A stretch of DNA of 64,000 nt from Octopus bimaculoides (Eukaryota), in the NCBI RefSeq assembly GCF_001194135.2, contig NC_068991.1:28411688-28475687 (forward strand). The letters run 5' to 3'. Below the pieces are notes generated by a model. That model saw nothing but the letters and a program-made list of their open reading frames with translations, did not search any database and was not told where the DNA came from. Positions 49,765-64,000 of this stretch are shown here, one piece after another (the first letter of the stretch is position 1; each line of letters begins with the position of its first letter). The translations under genes were made by a program, and so were the position numbers.

Positions 49765-52381
49765 GCAAGCTGGCAAAATCATTGGTGCATCAGATGAAAA
49801 TGCTTAGCAGTTCTCTATGTTCTGAGTTCAAATTCTGTCATCCTTTCAGGGTCAATGTAACAAAGTATCAGTCAAGTACTGGGGTAAAACACCCCAATTT
49901 CCTAAAATTGCTGGCCTTGTACCAAAATTTGAAACAAAGAATGCTTAGCAGCATTTCTACTGGAGTTCAGATTCTGCTGAAGTTGAACTATGCCTTTCAT
50001 CCTTTCAGGATCAATTAAGTCTTAGTCAAGCACTGGGATCAATGTAATTAACTAGCAACCTATCCACAAAATTTCAGGCCTTGTGCATATAGTAGAAATG
50101 GTTATTATTAACAGCAGTAGTAGTAGTTTCTGTCTTCTTTCTATTATGGATACAAGGCCTGAGATTTTGTGGGGAGGAGCCTAGTTGAATACACCAACCC
50201 CTGTATTTAACTGGTACTTTTTTTATTGATCCAGAAAGGATGAAAATCGAAGTTGACCATGACTGTATTTGAGCTCAGAACATAGAACCAAAAGAAATGG
50301 CACAAGGTATTTTTGTCTGATACACTAATGATTTTGCCAGTTCACCACCTCAGTAATGATATAAATAATAACAATTAATTCTTTTTAATTTTGATAGAAG
50401 GCTAACAATTTCAGGAGACAGGTAAGCCAATTACATTGACTTCAGTGTTCAAATAGTACTTATTTTACTGACCCCAATAAAACAGGCACAAGGCCTGAAA
50501 TTTTGGAGGAGGGGATAAATTGGCTACATCGACCCCAGTACTTTATTGGTATCTTATTTCATCAACTCCAAAAGGATGTAAGGTCAGGTTAACCATGACA
50601 GCATTTGGTTTCAGAACATTAAGTTGGAAGAAGTGCCACTAAGTATTTTGTCTGGTGTGCTAACGATTCTGCCAACTCATTCCCTTCACTACTTTGGTAA
50701 TAATAATTAAACTAATAATAGTCACAATTCCTTCAGGTAAAATTATTACAGATAAGGAAGTAGAACATGATCTCAAAATATACTGATATTAAAAGTAGAG
50801 TTATCAAGTATGTGATAATGCCCAGCAGTAAAAGTGAAAGTTGCACCAGTTATCGTTGGAGTATAGGGTTCAGTCTCTAGAAATCTATCATAAAACCTGG
50901 AATGGTTTGACATCGTAACAGATATGCAAGTGCTTCAAAATTCTTCTGCTCTCCTTAGAACAGCTCATATTCTTAGAAAGGTACCTTCTAAGGCCTTTTG
51001 TTAAGGCTTCAGAATTAACATGAAGGAAAAAACAACAAAAACTAGTTTTTTATATTCATACCATGCAAGGAAGATATAATGATGATAATAATAATAATAG
51101 TAATAATGGTTTCAAATTTTGGCACAAGGCCAGCAGTTTTGGAGGAAGGGTAAATCAATTTACATTGACCCCAGTGTGTAATTGGTACTTATTTCATCAA
51201 CCCCAAAAGGATGAAAGGCCAAGTCAGCCTTGGCGGAATTTGAACCCAGAAAAACAGATGAAATACCATTAAGCATTTCACCTGGCATACTAATGATTCT
51301 GTCAGCTCACCGCCTAAATAATAATAACAATAATAATAATAGTTTCAAATTTTGGCACAAGGCCAGCAACTTTGAGGAGGGGGTAAATCAATTACATTGA
51401 CCTCAGTGTTCAACTGGTACTTATTTTATTGATCCCAAAAGGATGACAGGTAAAGTCGACCTTGTCAGAATTTGAACTCAGAATGTAACGATGGAGGAAT
51501 TGCTGCTAAGCATTTTCCTGGCATGTTAACGATTCTACCAGCTCACCACATTAATAATAATAATGATGATGATGATGATTTTAGCACAAAGCCAGCAATT
51601 CTGGAGCAGGGGGCAAGTTGATTACATTGACTGCAGGGTGTAACTGGTATTTATATAATCAACCACAAAAGAATGAAAGGGAAAGTTGACCTTGACAGAA
51701 TCTGAACTCAGAACATAAAGATGGACAAAATGATGTTAAGCATTTTGCCTGGCATGCTAACAATTCTGTCAGTTTGCCGCCCTAATATAATAATAATAAT
51801 AATCCTTTCTACTAAATTTTTGCGGGGCTGGGAGCTAGTCGATTACATCAACCCCAGTGTTTCACTGGTACTTAATTTATCGACCTCGAAAGGATGATAA
51901 GCAAAGTTGACCTTGGTGGAATTTGACCTCAGAACATAGCAAATGGTCAAAATACCGCTAAGCATTTTGTCCAGTGTGCTAACAATTCTGCCAGCTTGCG
52001 ACCTTCATATGATAATAATAATTTCAACACAAGGCCAGCAATTTTGGGGAGTGGTGAGTCAATTACATTGACCCCCACCCCAGTATTTAACTGGTACTTA
52101 TTTTATCAACCTCAAAAGGACGAAAGGCAAAGTCAACCCCAGTGGCATTAATAATAATAATAACAATGGTTTCAAATTTTGGCACAAGGCCAACAATTTT
52201 GCAGGAAGTGATAAGTCGATTAGATTGACCCCAATGCTCAACTGGTACTTATTTTATCTACCCCAAAAGGATGAAAGGCAAAGTTGACCTCAATGGAATT
52301 TGAACTCAGAACGTAAAAACAAACAAAACGTCACTAAACATTTTGCACGACATGCTAATGATTCTGCTAGTTCACCGCCTT
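49765..52381. mobile_element. Large SINE family A array: 2 copies on +, then about 9 copies or partials on -
   Basis: Units at about 49765, 49940 (+) and 50135, 50385, 50480, 51105, 51340, 51580, 51800, 52025, 52165 (-), separated by (AAT)n; two more at 54380 and 54605 (-). Confidence 0.88.
50730..51075 (+). mobile_element. 3' fragment of a restriction-like-endonuclease non-LTR retrotransposon (R4/Dong/Hero-like)
   Basis: KEVE..SKYTDIKVELSSM(W) then VKVAPVIVGV*GSVSRNL...MQVLQNSSALLRTAHILRKV, the typical REL C-terminal motif; flanked by TAA repeats. Confidence 0.7.
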
Positions 52382-52479
52382 AATAATAGCAATTTTTTAT
52401 TATTGCCACTAAAACAATGTATGGGGAGACATTATACAAGAATAGGTTACAGAAACACTTGAGGTTTACACTGAAATTA

Positions 52480-54340
52480 AATGGAAAGCTATGGTATACG
52501 CAGTATACTCCTAAAGGCTAAATACAGAATCCCCACAGATCGAAGATTACCTTAACCATGAAGTCTAAGCGCTCTCTCCAGTTGCAATCTTAGGCTTACA
52601 GGTGCAACCTGACAACTGATCCATTTATTTGGGTCATGTCCACCATTCTCACACCACTTTCAACAAATTTATTGAAAAGCAGCACTTCACATTTCAAGTG
52701 GAACTTGATAAAGACAATGAGGGCTTGGCTGAAGAGGTAAATATCTATCTTCAATCCTTGAAGTTGCATGCACCACACAATCTCTTTTGCCATAGCTACA
52801 AGACAGAGGAAACCACCTGCCTTTCTTAGACAAAAGGAAGTTGTAAAGTGATTATCATGATGGACTTCTTAGACAAAGGAAGGTAATGAAGAACCCATCA
52901 CAATGGATTTGGCTGATAGGCAGACTAGTCTCACATGTGTTAACAATGCTTGGATACTGAATGAGTGATAGTAGAATAGTTTCTTCACTCTGCAAGCACC
53001 GAAGAGAGGCCTGTTTATAGAATTTATCATGAGCCAGCAATGCCCCTCTTTCTTGGCAAAACTACCAGACCAGGATTTCAGGAGATTATCCATAATCTCC
53101 AGACTGAAAGTCCCCTCAGATCAGACAACTGATTCTTAGCAAAGTCCAAGTAAGTTATCATTCTCCCTCATCACTAGTCTTTTACAGTGACTGACCTCAT
53201 TGCCCTACCAGTATAAGTCTGTATCTGGCAATATTCCAGGTTCCAGGCATCTAGGCTTGGTTTTCGTTTACCAAAGAGATGTGCAGTAGGAAAGCATTCC
53301 TAACAAAGAGGCGCTATACCTGCTCACCATCCAGGAATAATTGTAAATGCCACAACCACAGTGCATGGCTATGCATCATCAGCCACTGCATACCAATCTT
53401 TCATGCAAAGATCATTGACAGTAGATGGACAGCTTGATCAGAGGAATGCAACTCTTCCACAGAAGTGGAAGAGCAGATGGTCTAACCTGATCAGAGAAAA
53501 ACTGGAACAAGGTGCAATGGTCAAGCAGTAGTATATGCCACAGGTGATGTATATATTTGTTACCTATACCTGATCTTTCAGAGATAGCTTCCTCTCAGCT
53601 CATTTCTAGGTATGACTAACAACATTTTTTAAATTTCATTCAGGTTTTCTAGCCACCTGAAAATCTAGACACAACCAGATCACAAGCAACTTAATTGGCA
53701 CATCAATCCAGTAACCAATGACACTGGCTAATGGCATGGACTTGTCTCTCCAGATACCAACATGGAAGCTCACTGATTTATTTGGATTAATTTTTTGCTT
53801 CTGTCACCACTTCTTATTTCTCTAGAATGGTGCCAAACTTTTTGTCTTGGACCAAGCATATAATTCAAAATGGTTCTAAAGGAAGACCATTTAATCTAAG
53901 CAAATGGCACTAAAATGGGACAGAACCCAGCTACACTGAGGACACCTACCAAGTAACTTGGGTCGACCCTGTCAAAAGGTTTTCATTAGATATCTACTAA
54001 AGCCAGGTTTGTTACCAACCCTTTCTATGATGTATTGAAGGAGGTGGAGTTTTTCATGGATCAATCTTCATGGGATCACACAGATTGGTGCTTTCCTTAT
54101 CCTACGACTTACAAGTCACCAACCACTCTGCTAGCACCTTGGCCAAAATCTGCAACCCTGCCGTTAGCAGACTTATGGGCTAGAATTATCAATAATATCC
54201 CTTGTGTGAGACCTTCATCAGCAAAGCTACTACACACCAGCTCTCTAAACTTGGAATTCTCCCATCCTGATGCCTGCTACAGTAGTCTCCTGAAAGTGCA
54301 GCAAACAAGTCTGTCTGGCATATATATAAAGTTTATAGGA
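52480..54340 (-). mobile_element. Decayed L1/Tx1-clade LINE reverse transcriptase region
   Basis: On -: GRIP...VVALL...PISLL...ILAKVLA, then KPFDRVD(PSYL) (KAFDRV motif) and GMQWLMM..HALWLWHLQLFLDGEQV; many stops. Confidence 0.8.
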
Positions 54341-55760
54341 CAGGTGATTTTTTCCCCACCAACCAATAATAGTAATTCTTTCTACTATAGACACAAGACC
54401 TGAAATTTTGAGGAGAGGGTTAGTTGATTTCATTGACCCCAGTACTTGACTGGTACTTAATTTTATCAACCCCAGAAAGATGAAAGGCAAAGCTGGCCTC
54501 AGTAAAATTTAAGCTCAGTATGTATAGAGGCCAGAAGAAATGCCACTAAGCATTTTGTCCAATGTGCTTATTATTTTGCTAGCTCACCATCTTAATAATA
54601 CTACTTTCTAATTTTGGCACAAGGCCAGCAATTTCGAGATGAGGATTAAGTCAATTACATCATCCCCAGTACTCAACTGGTATTTATTTTATCAATCCCT
54701 AAAGGATGAAAAACAAAGTCAACTTTAATGGCATTTGGACTCAGAATGTAAAGTTGGAAGAAATGCCACTAAGTATTTTGTCCAGCATGTTAATGATTCT
54801 GCCAGCTCACTGCTTTAATAATAGCAACAACAACAATGGTAATATCCGTATTAAGAGTTTGTAAAGTTGAAGTAACTTCCTGAAAGTAAAATTTCTGGCT
54901 TGATTATTACAATAGTAATCAGAAAACTGAGGACATTTATACATTGCCCTAAAGTATTGATAACATTAAAGTGATTTTGCAGTTGCAGAGAATTATTGAA
55001 ACTACAATACAACCTCAAACAGCCAAGAACTTATCACTGTAGAACACAGACTTCCTCACATGTTGGTCAAATATCAGTGGTGCTTCTTTTATTGAAAACT
55101 GAAGGAACAAACAGTCAAGCCCAACCACAATGAGATTTGAACACAAAACATTGATACAGTAAAATACCCAGTTTTACAATCTCTGTGACAATTGTAATGA
55201 AAAGGAGAAAAGGAGAAATAACAAATGTAGCTTTTGAGTCATTAAAGACTTCTATATTGAATGTATTCCTTTTAATAAACCTTCTACTGTGAATACACAG
55301 GATTTACATAAGAGAATTATTTCAATAATGATAACGAATTCTGATGGAAAAAAATGGTTGTTTTTTTTAACCAAAATAATGCTTTTCTACAGCAGATATC
55401 AGCTGTTATTGGTTAAAATAGGAGGCGGGGGGGGGGGTATAAAATTTGAAGATAATAATAATAATAATAATAGTTATTTTAACCTCCACGTTTCTGTACT
55501 TGCACAAGTCAAATGGAGTTCATTGAAGCAAATTGACTATGTTAAGATGCCCTTCCTGTCACCACCCCACATGTGTTTCTAAACTGGGTAATATTCCCCG
55601 CTGGCTAGATAAGTTTTTCCCTGAAAGACTGGAAACGAACAATATCACTTATATGATGTGATGAAGCGTGTTTACAATCTTCACATGAAGACAAAACACA
55701 CATACATGTCATCAAGTATAAATGTCGATATCTGCATATATTTATACATACATAGTCTTT

Positions 55761-55796
<36 letters not shown>

Positions 55797-58623
55797 TGCA
55801 GATGCAAAGGTTTCTTTCAGTTTCTGTGTAGCAAAGCCACTTACAAGGCTTTGGTTAACCTGGAGCTGAAGTACAAGATACTTATCTGAGGTGCCATGCA
55901 GTAGGAATGAACCCAAAAACACATGGTTGGGAAGTAAGCTTCTTAACTACACAGTCATGCTGAAATCATTCCTCAATAAACAACATGCAAACATGGAAAA
56001 GTGAGCATTATAATAAATATGATGATGATGATTGTGATAAAAGAAAATAAATTATAAACAAAATACATATATATTTGAATAGAAAAAACAAAAATGAAAA
56101 AATAAAGAGCAAAATCACACTGATATTTCCTGATGAAATTCAAGATAGGAAACAAATGATTTACTTGACCATAGTGCATTACTGGTACTTATTGAGCCAT
56201 GGGGTAAAAAGTAAAGAGCAAACCATCTGTTTTTAATATTTGTGCTAATCTTACTTCTCTTTATTTTTTTTATAATAAAAAAAACTTTAAAATGTATCGT
56301 TTTCATTAGGAAGGATGATTTGTGGTGAACGTGATTCTTTTCTTCTTTTTTCTCTCAATCATTCTTACCACCTGTAACCTGTTCTCAGCTAAGCAGACTA
56401 AGTCTAGAAGAGTTCTGTAACTTACATAAAAGCTACACTAAAATGCTAAGGTTTCAATTATTTGTTGAAGTTGGTTAAAAAGGCCAGCACCTTAACACAT
56501 AACTGCCGTAGTATCTTATGAAAGTGAACATTAGTTACTACACTCAATGTGTTAGATTTGGATAAGGAGGAGGAAATTTAAAAAAAAAAAAAACACAGCA
56601 CTCATGGCCTTTCATGCTCAGAATTATCAAAGCATAGAACAAACTATCCTCATCGGATGTTAGCTGTCAAGACACTGCATCCTTCAAAAATTCCATGCTG
56701 CCCAAAACTCACAGCACTAATCTTGACGTCCTGTGCATCCATTTTCTTTCTTTTTTTATTGCTCAGATACTGTCCACTTTTCTGTCTATATTTCACTCTG
56801 TTACTGTGCATGTACTTTTGGCTATCATTGCTATTTTTCTTCACATGACTTATTGCTGCTTTATGTCCTTGCTTTTACTGTTTTCAAACAGGTGGTAGTA
56901 TACATGAGTACTGTGTATAGTAAGCTCATTATTATAATTTCAACAAATGATAAAAAATAAAACAAGAAAAACCAGTTAAATATACTTAAAAACTGTCTTT
57001 GATTAGTAACATAAATTAATGTTAAACTAAAATGTATTCAATTTTAAAAATATCAAAAACTCAACTAAAAACAGGGTTTTTTTTAATAAAATTCTTTTCT
57101 CCTTTTACAATATTTATTTCAAAAACATGATATTTCTAGAGCTACCTTCAGCTGACAACAGAGGTATTAATTAAAATAAAATCAAAACTTGTGGCACTAC
57201 TAACATACCTTCTTCCATTTAATAACTACCCCTTAAAATAGATGCTAATCACCTTATACAACTAAATTTCTCTCATTGTTTTTGTTCAACAACTAAACTA
57301 ATTTCTAACATTGGCTCAAGGCCACAGATATCTAAGAGAAGGGGACAATCAATTACTGACCCCAGAAAGATGAAATGTAAATAAGTTCAGCTAAACACAA
57401 GACATGCCCCCACAGATGTTATACCAATTCTGATAATCTACTGTAATACTGACAATATATTCCTTATCTAACTGTACTTTATCTGTCATCTGCCTGTTTT
57501 CATAGCCCTCCCAATATCATTAAAAAAAAAAAAAAAAAAAGGGTTCTGCCACTCGCACTGCTACTCACTCAACCCTCAGTTCCTATGTTACTCTCTCTTT
57601 GACTGTCTTGTTCAGGTTAATGTGGAGCCCCACTACATACATTGTTATAATTAAGATTTTAAAATGAAAACTGACTCAAGCCATTATTCTATGACCATGC
57701 GAGGCAGTAACATCTACACATACATACTACAATTTAAATGTATTTTTTCTTTTGTTTAAGGTAAATAGTGTTGACTTTAATTAATCCTGTATCCTCTCTG
57801 CTCTACCCCACCCTCTCTCTCTCTCTCTCTCATACACCAGGGGACATTGGCAGCTAGGGTGAGATGACAGGTATGATGGTGTACCTGGGATAACAGAAAC
57901 AACCAGGTTATAAGGTAGTGAGACAAAAAAGTTAATAATGGCAGTGTCTCTCACTCTATAGTAGGTAAAACACTTTGTTGTCCAGTCAGCAAGAGAGTCA
58001 CAGATCAAGCCTTGTTGGTGCTAAGTAAACTACATTTTGAATTGGGACTATAATATTAATATATGTAATGAATTGCTAATATATGTAATTTATAACCAGT
58101 TAATTGTGTATAAGTGAATTTGTTGTTGTTGCTGTTTAAGCCTAGGTTTACTCTGAAGAGGTTAATGGTACCAACCATGGCCACTACATCTTCTCAAAGA
58201 TTGTAAACACCATTTTGCAATAATGATAGTTACTCTAAAAGAATTTGGGTTTCTTTTTTTAAAATTTATTTCTTCCTAAGTTGAAACACACAATATATAA
58301 TTACACAAACACTTGCACATAGATACACACACACACACACACACTTGTTTGCAGATGACAATTTATTCCATTGCTAATCAAAGTTTCTTGTTATGTGTAA
58401 TCCTTCAGGTAAGATAATCACTTTGATGATTGCACATAACTTCAGAGTAGAAACAAAGTGAATCATAGCTTCAAATGAATAAAGCCCACTATATGTATAG
58501 AGTACTCTTTCTTTTATATGTACAGCCAAACATGTGTATCATGTGTGTGTGTGCGTGTGTGTGTGAGTATGTGGTATTTAATTTCTAAAAACACTAAGTG
58601 TGTGTGTGTGTGTGTGTGTGAGT

Positions 58624-58665
<42 letters not shown>

Positions 58666-60274
58666 TGTCTTTAGAAATTTATCAAATACCATTAATATCA
58701 TATTTTGTTTGATTTTAGCCATTTCAAAACATACTGGTCACTCTGGCAAACTAAGTAAGGTTATCTCTAGAGCTTTTTTGTTTTCAACTGAATGTCAAGC
58801 ACTCCTCCTATATTGGTACATTTTGTCATTTTGCCAAAGGTCACAGTTTTACAAACAATTAATAGTTTTTACCGACAACTTCAAGGAAGCTATATATAAG
58901 TTACCTTCCACTACACAAACAGACCATTCAACAACAATAATTGCTTGAACAGTCTGCAACATTTAAAGGGGAGTCCTATCGTTGGAATGGCAAAAACCTC
59001 AGCTCAGCATATTTCATTTTAAATAGATCAATACCCAGGCTCTCATTAATCCAACCCAATATGGTTCATTTGCTCACACTTTACACCAATTTAGTATTCC
59101 ATTGGTGATATTGTGGCATCGTTAAAGCCTTTTTATTGACAAGGCTTCAGTCAGAGTCAAAATAATTATTAAACATGATTTATCCATTGCTATCATTGGA
59201 ACAGATAGAATTCAGATTATAACATGGGTTCAAATCATCCCACAGATACCAGTGTTACCTTAAGCAAGATATATGGTTTACAAGTCACAGTCCTGCACTG
59301 TGAACTAATTATGACATCATAAGACATATCTGGGTGTCTACCAATGATATGTCATTCAATCACTTTATCTTACTAACTGGTATCTGACTACAAGAGTTTA
59401 GAATTGAATGTTGACAGCAGCTTTGTGTATGAGCTTTCATTATTTAATGTTCATGTTCCATGCTGGCATAGGTTGCACAGTATGACTGATGGGTTCAAGG
59501 ACTGCATCATGCTTATTTGTCTGCTTTGGCATGGTTTCTATAGCTGGATGCTCTTTCTAATGCCATCTAGTATAGCATATATTAGATGCTTTTTGTATGG
59601 CACCAGAACTAGTGAGGTTGCCATTAGCTTGCAAGACTATGAACCCCAAGGGAGCAGCTTTATGCTAAGAGATGAGCAGGGGAAGTATGACAAAAGAGGC
59701 CAGAGCAGAGCAGGTTTCTTACAGTAAAAGAGTTATGTGACTACTCGCATTTTAGAAAAAAGGAAGAGAATGATTGGGTAGAGCTGGAAAGAGAAATAAA
59801 ATGATAAAGTGTCTGAGTTAAAAAGTTGAAGTATTAGCCTGAAGTGAAACATGTAAAAGATAAACTAGCCCAAATTATGGTATTGGTTGGTGGTAGGAAG
59901 TATAATAGTTTTGTACTGCTAGGATGTGGCATTGATGTGTTTAGAAGAAACGAATAGTAAGTATGATGTATATGAGTAGTAGTGAGCACAATAGTGTTAT
60001 GGTAGCTGGAACAACTTTAGATTTACTAGATGCACTGATGTAGCAGACATGAACAGCTTTGGACCATTTGATCTTTAAAAAATTGGTAAATATGTTTGTT
60101 TACTTAGCTGAGCTAAGCTAGTAAACTAGTGGTAGATATGAAGTTAGTGATTAATAGAGCTAAGAGAACTCTGACAACATAAAGGAGATTCACCTTCCAC
60201 AGTAAAAGACAAACAATATGATTTTATTGTGTATCATAACATGGATGGTATATTGGCAGTGAGACTGAAACAAG

Positions 60275-60357
<83 letters not shown>
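60275..60357. repeat. (GT)n microsatellite, one of many
   Basis: Other arrays: (TC)n 1-38, (TA)n 2460-2513, (GTT)n 14833-14870, (ATT)n 18246-18288, (CA)n 37073-37104, (GA)n 62281-62371, (CAG)n about 62675-62715. Confidence 0.95.
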
Positions 60358-60358
<1 letters not shown>

Positions 60359-62267
60359 AAAGAAAAAGAGATATAGAAGGCATGTAGTGATGAGAGAGGA
60401 GTAAGTTGAATATTGGATATGTAATGAGATGGGATAAAGACTAGTGATAGAAGTGAAATGAGAAGGTAAGAAATTATTAACAGCAACAAAATAGATTGAT
60501 ATGTTGGATGGGGTGTGAGAGAGAATCTACATTGATGTGGATGATAGAGGCTTATACCTGAATAGTGATGGTGAGTTGGATGTAGAAGGTAAATGTAGAT
60601 GTCGACCAAGGAAGACTTGGGAAGTTGTTGTTTAATCAAGCCTAAGAAGGATTGTCTTCACAGATGAGATAATACAAGGTTGAAGAGGTTATTTACTGCA
60701 AACTCTTTCAGCCCAAACTGGGCTGACAGGAGACTGAGATTTCAGAATGATGGCAATGATTATCTACACTAATATGAAAAATAGAGGGAATGAATATGAA
60801 AATACTAACAACATGGATAGTATTGATTTCATCTAAAAAGTTAAGTTAAAAGGTGAATTAGTCTCATGAAAGGTGTCATTTCTCACAAATATGACAAGTG
60901 ATTTTTATTATATCATGCACATGACAAATTATATATATATATATATATAATATATATCATGTATATATCACACATTTGACAAAGATATCTGTCATCACTG
61001 CCATGTGTATGTATGATAAACACATGTAACATTTATCACACACACACATGACAATACCTTTCATATACACAACAAAACATTAGTCAGGGAAAGTCAAAGG
61101 TCACATTCTATTGTAGTTTCACTGCAGTTTATCTCGCATCATCATACTGGCCATTCATTTCAATGAACTGAGCTAATTATACGGGATTTCTTCCAACCAT
61201 TGCAGACTAACTTTAATTGAGACAGTGAAAAGGAAGTGGATAACAACATCCTGGTGATACAGTAAATCAGAGAAAATTGGGCAAGTAATGCATTAATGTG
61301 ATCCTTTAATGAGGTGAGGCAAGAGTTGATCCCATGACATGGTTTCAGGGAACTTTTAGAAACCTTGTATATAGCAGCTTAATTATATGTCAATGATTAA
61401 CAGAAAAGATGTAAGCTAAGGATACACACGTCCAGTTATTCAGACTGAGCACTGTAATGTCACCAATGCATTTTTATCATTATTGTCCTTACATGTTTTT
61501 GATTTGTATTAGCCCTTGTGGCCAATAAAACAGAATTAATTATTATTATTATTATTATTATTATTATAGCATTATTTCAACACTTGGTATGGTCAGGCCC
61601 TTACAGGACAGATCTGAGCAGATGAACTCCTAATGGCTTTAATTACTATTTATCAATAGTGTGGCATTTAACTACTATGTGTAATAGTACAGTATTTAAT
61701 TATTATATATTGTTATAAGGTATTAAAAGAAATAATTTGAAAAGAAGGTTAATATGGGTGAGAACATTAACGTTGGAAGATATGGTATCAATCTAGGTTG
61801 AAATCCTACTGAAATCAATTGTGTTTCCTAGTTGATATAAATACCAGTAATATACTGTGCTATTTCAATCCACCTTTCTTTGTCACTAAGTTCTCCACAC
61901 AAATTATCAACAGTTTTAAAATATTTATGCAACAATACAAATAATTTTCTTTCTGGTTGAAATTTAAAAAAAAGTTTTTTACCAAAATTTATTCATTTCA
62001 ATTCTTTTCACCAGTCTATTATGGAAGATTAAACTACAGTTTTTAAATATATTTTTGTAGATGTTTATAAATTCATATTAAATTATGTTTCTTCTAAAAG
62101 CTCAGGTTAACACACACACATTTTCAAGTAATTATAAAGTTTATGTGTGAGGCAAATAAAGACACCTTCCAGACAACATGAACTTACAATTCAGATTATT
62201 TATTACCTAGCAATGTGGTTCTTTATTAGCATGGCCAATGTGCTTCCTCTGTGTGTGTGTGTGTGTC

Positions 62268-62305
<38 letters not shown>

Positions 62306-62315
62306 NNNNNNNNNN

Positions 62316-62376
<61 letters not shown>

Positions 62377-64000
62377 TGAAAATGTCCAGATCAACAGATA
62401 CATTGTTAGAATCATATTCTCTAAAATCCTGGAACAAAGGACACCCAAGTAAAAAATGATGCAGAGAAATCCTTGATGGTGAAGTTACTTAAGAAGTTAT
62501 CATAAGATTACAGAGTATTATCAGAACAAAATGGTAAATTATAGCAACTAGTGTTCTACCTAGAATTATTTTGTTATGTTGCTCAGACAACATGATCCTA
62601 TATATATATATACATATATATATAAACAGATTAGGTACATATACATATAAACAGATTAGAGGAAGTCGATAAATGCAGCAGCAGTAGCAGCAGCAGCAGT
62701 GGCAGCAGCAGCAACAGACAACTGGTAATTGGCACCAGAACAATTGGCATGTTAACAATGAGAATCTGTTAATCAATGAATGGAAGAGATAAAATTACAA
62801 ACTGATTTCATTCGTTAAACCTTTCCCTCCTGTTGCTGGTGGATTAGGAGGAAGAGGAGGAAGGGAACAAGTTTTCTTGTTAACCATCAGAGTAAAAAAA
62901 AAAAATATTATGGAAATTTCCAGATATTATTTTGCTGGTGGCCGTGACCATGGCAGTGGCAATTATGAGCAATGAAAACAAGGAATCATTTACAGAGGAC
63001 AGAAGCCATTATTTACTACCAGTGCCAGCCAATACATTTCAGATTTCACTAGTCTTTATCTGTTCAAGAAGAGATTTTCTGGCATTTATAAGAATGTATG
63101 AGTAGTGATCAGTCAACAAAGAGTATTGATTAGTGATCATGAAACAAAATTATCATGATTTCTGCCTCATGGGAAATAGTCACATTGGTGCCATCGCAAT
63201 AGTTTTGGGGGTTTTTTTTAATAAAAATTGGTCAAGTTTATTTGGATTTTGGCGAAATTTTCTATGACACACTGGTCCCTTATTTATTTCCAATTTTGAA
63301 TAGAAATAGTAATTAAATAAATATTTAATAATGTGTTGAACGAATCCATGGAATGTAATACTGTAAAGCATTTGATGGCACTCAAAGACATTCCTCCACC
63401 CATCCCATGAGACAGCTCCGTGGCTTATTGATAGCAACACTGTCAAAAGTAACAATAGATGAACAGTAAAAATGATAATTCTATTCTTGATGTTTTCTTT
63501 GGCTTTTTAATTTTAATTTTCTTTTCCAAAGGGAAATTTGAAAATTTTCAATAATTTTGGTATTATTAAATTACTTGTTTTTTTCCTTTTTTAAAAAAAA
63601 TAAGTTTTAAAACTAAACCAAGTTCTAATGAATGTGACATGAAGATGATATATAAAAAACAAAAATACTTTAGTTCTTGTGTTTAGAATATACTAAAAAT
63701 AAATGATTCTATAAATCTAGTCTGGTGGCATTGGAAAATATAAGTCTAAGGTCAGCACCTAAAATCTTACAATCATCATTCATTTTAGATGAATACAAAA
63801 AAATGAAGCTTATAGTTCCTTTTTAGAGAAATCTATTAAATGTGCCACATACTTTTAATAAGTTATAGTACACAACATACACAACAAAGATCCAAAACAT
63901 TAAATATACATACATATATATCCACAAACACACACACACATCCAACACATTCATCACAATACCTTGCAGTATTTGTTCCAATTCCCCACACACTGAGTTC

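Noticed and set aside
51100-52381. CRISPR-like or tRNA-gene array
   Set aside because: Units are about 210-bp diverged SINEs with microsatellite spacers. The heads have A/B boxes but no complete cloverleaf, and there are no cas genes in this eukaryotic context.
62675-62715. (CAG)n as a poly-Q exon
   Set aside because: No flanking open frame with splice sites; treated as a microsatellite.
63180-63455. 91-aa minus-strand ORF with a hydrophobic start
   Set aside because: Non-ATG start, no recognisable domain, no clear exon boundaries.

Overview
AT-rich, microsatellite-dense animal genomic DNA with many N-gaps. The repeat families suggest an octopus/coleoid cephalopod (inference). One protein-coding gene is supported: a three-coding-exon CIPC-like (CLOCK-interacting pacemaker) gene on + (14377-14497, 19292-19350, 26260-26772; 230 aa). 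It has canonical, phase-compatible splice sites, three uORFs packed just before or over the start codon, and a tandem ESGxxS degron-like motif. The rest of the window is largely transposon-derived: at least three tRNA-derived SINE families (one forming head-to-tail arrays separated by (AAT)n), RTE LINE remnants, an L1/Tx1-type RT remnant, a restriction-like-endonuclease (R4/Dong-like) non-LTR fragment inside TAA repeats, a decayed DD34D mariner nested in another Tc1/mariner derivative, MITEs, several non-autonomous Helitrons and a 285-bp hairpin. Four hammerhead-ribozyme-like motifs of the Penelope type were found by eye, two of them sense-oriented in introns of the clock gene. No CRISPR, rRNA or true tRNA gene is supported. 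Repeat boundaries are approximate unless TIR/TSD or terminal motifs are cited.
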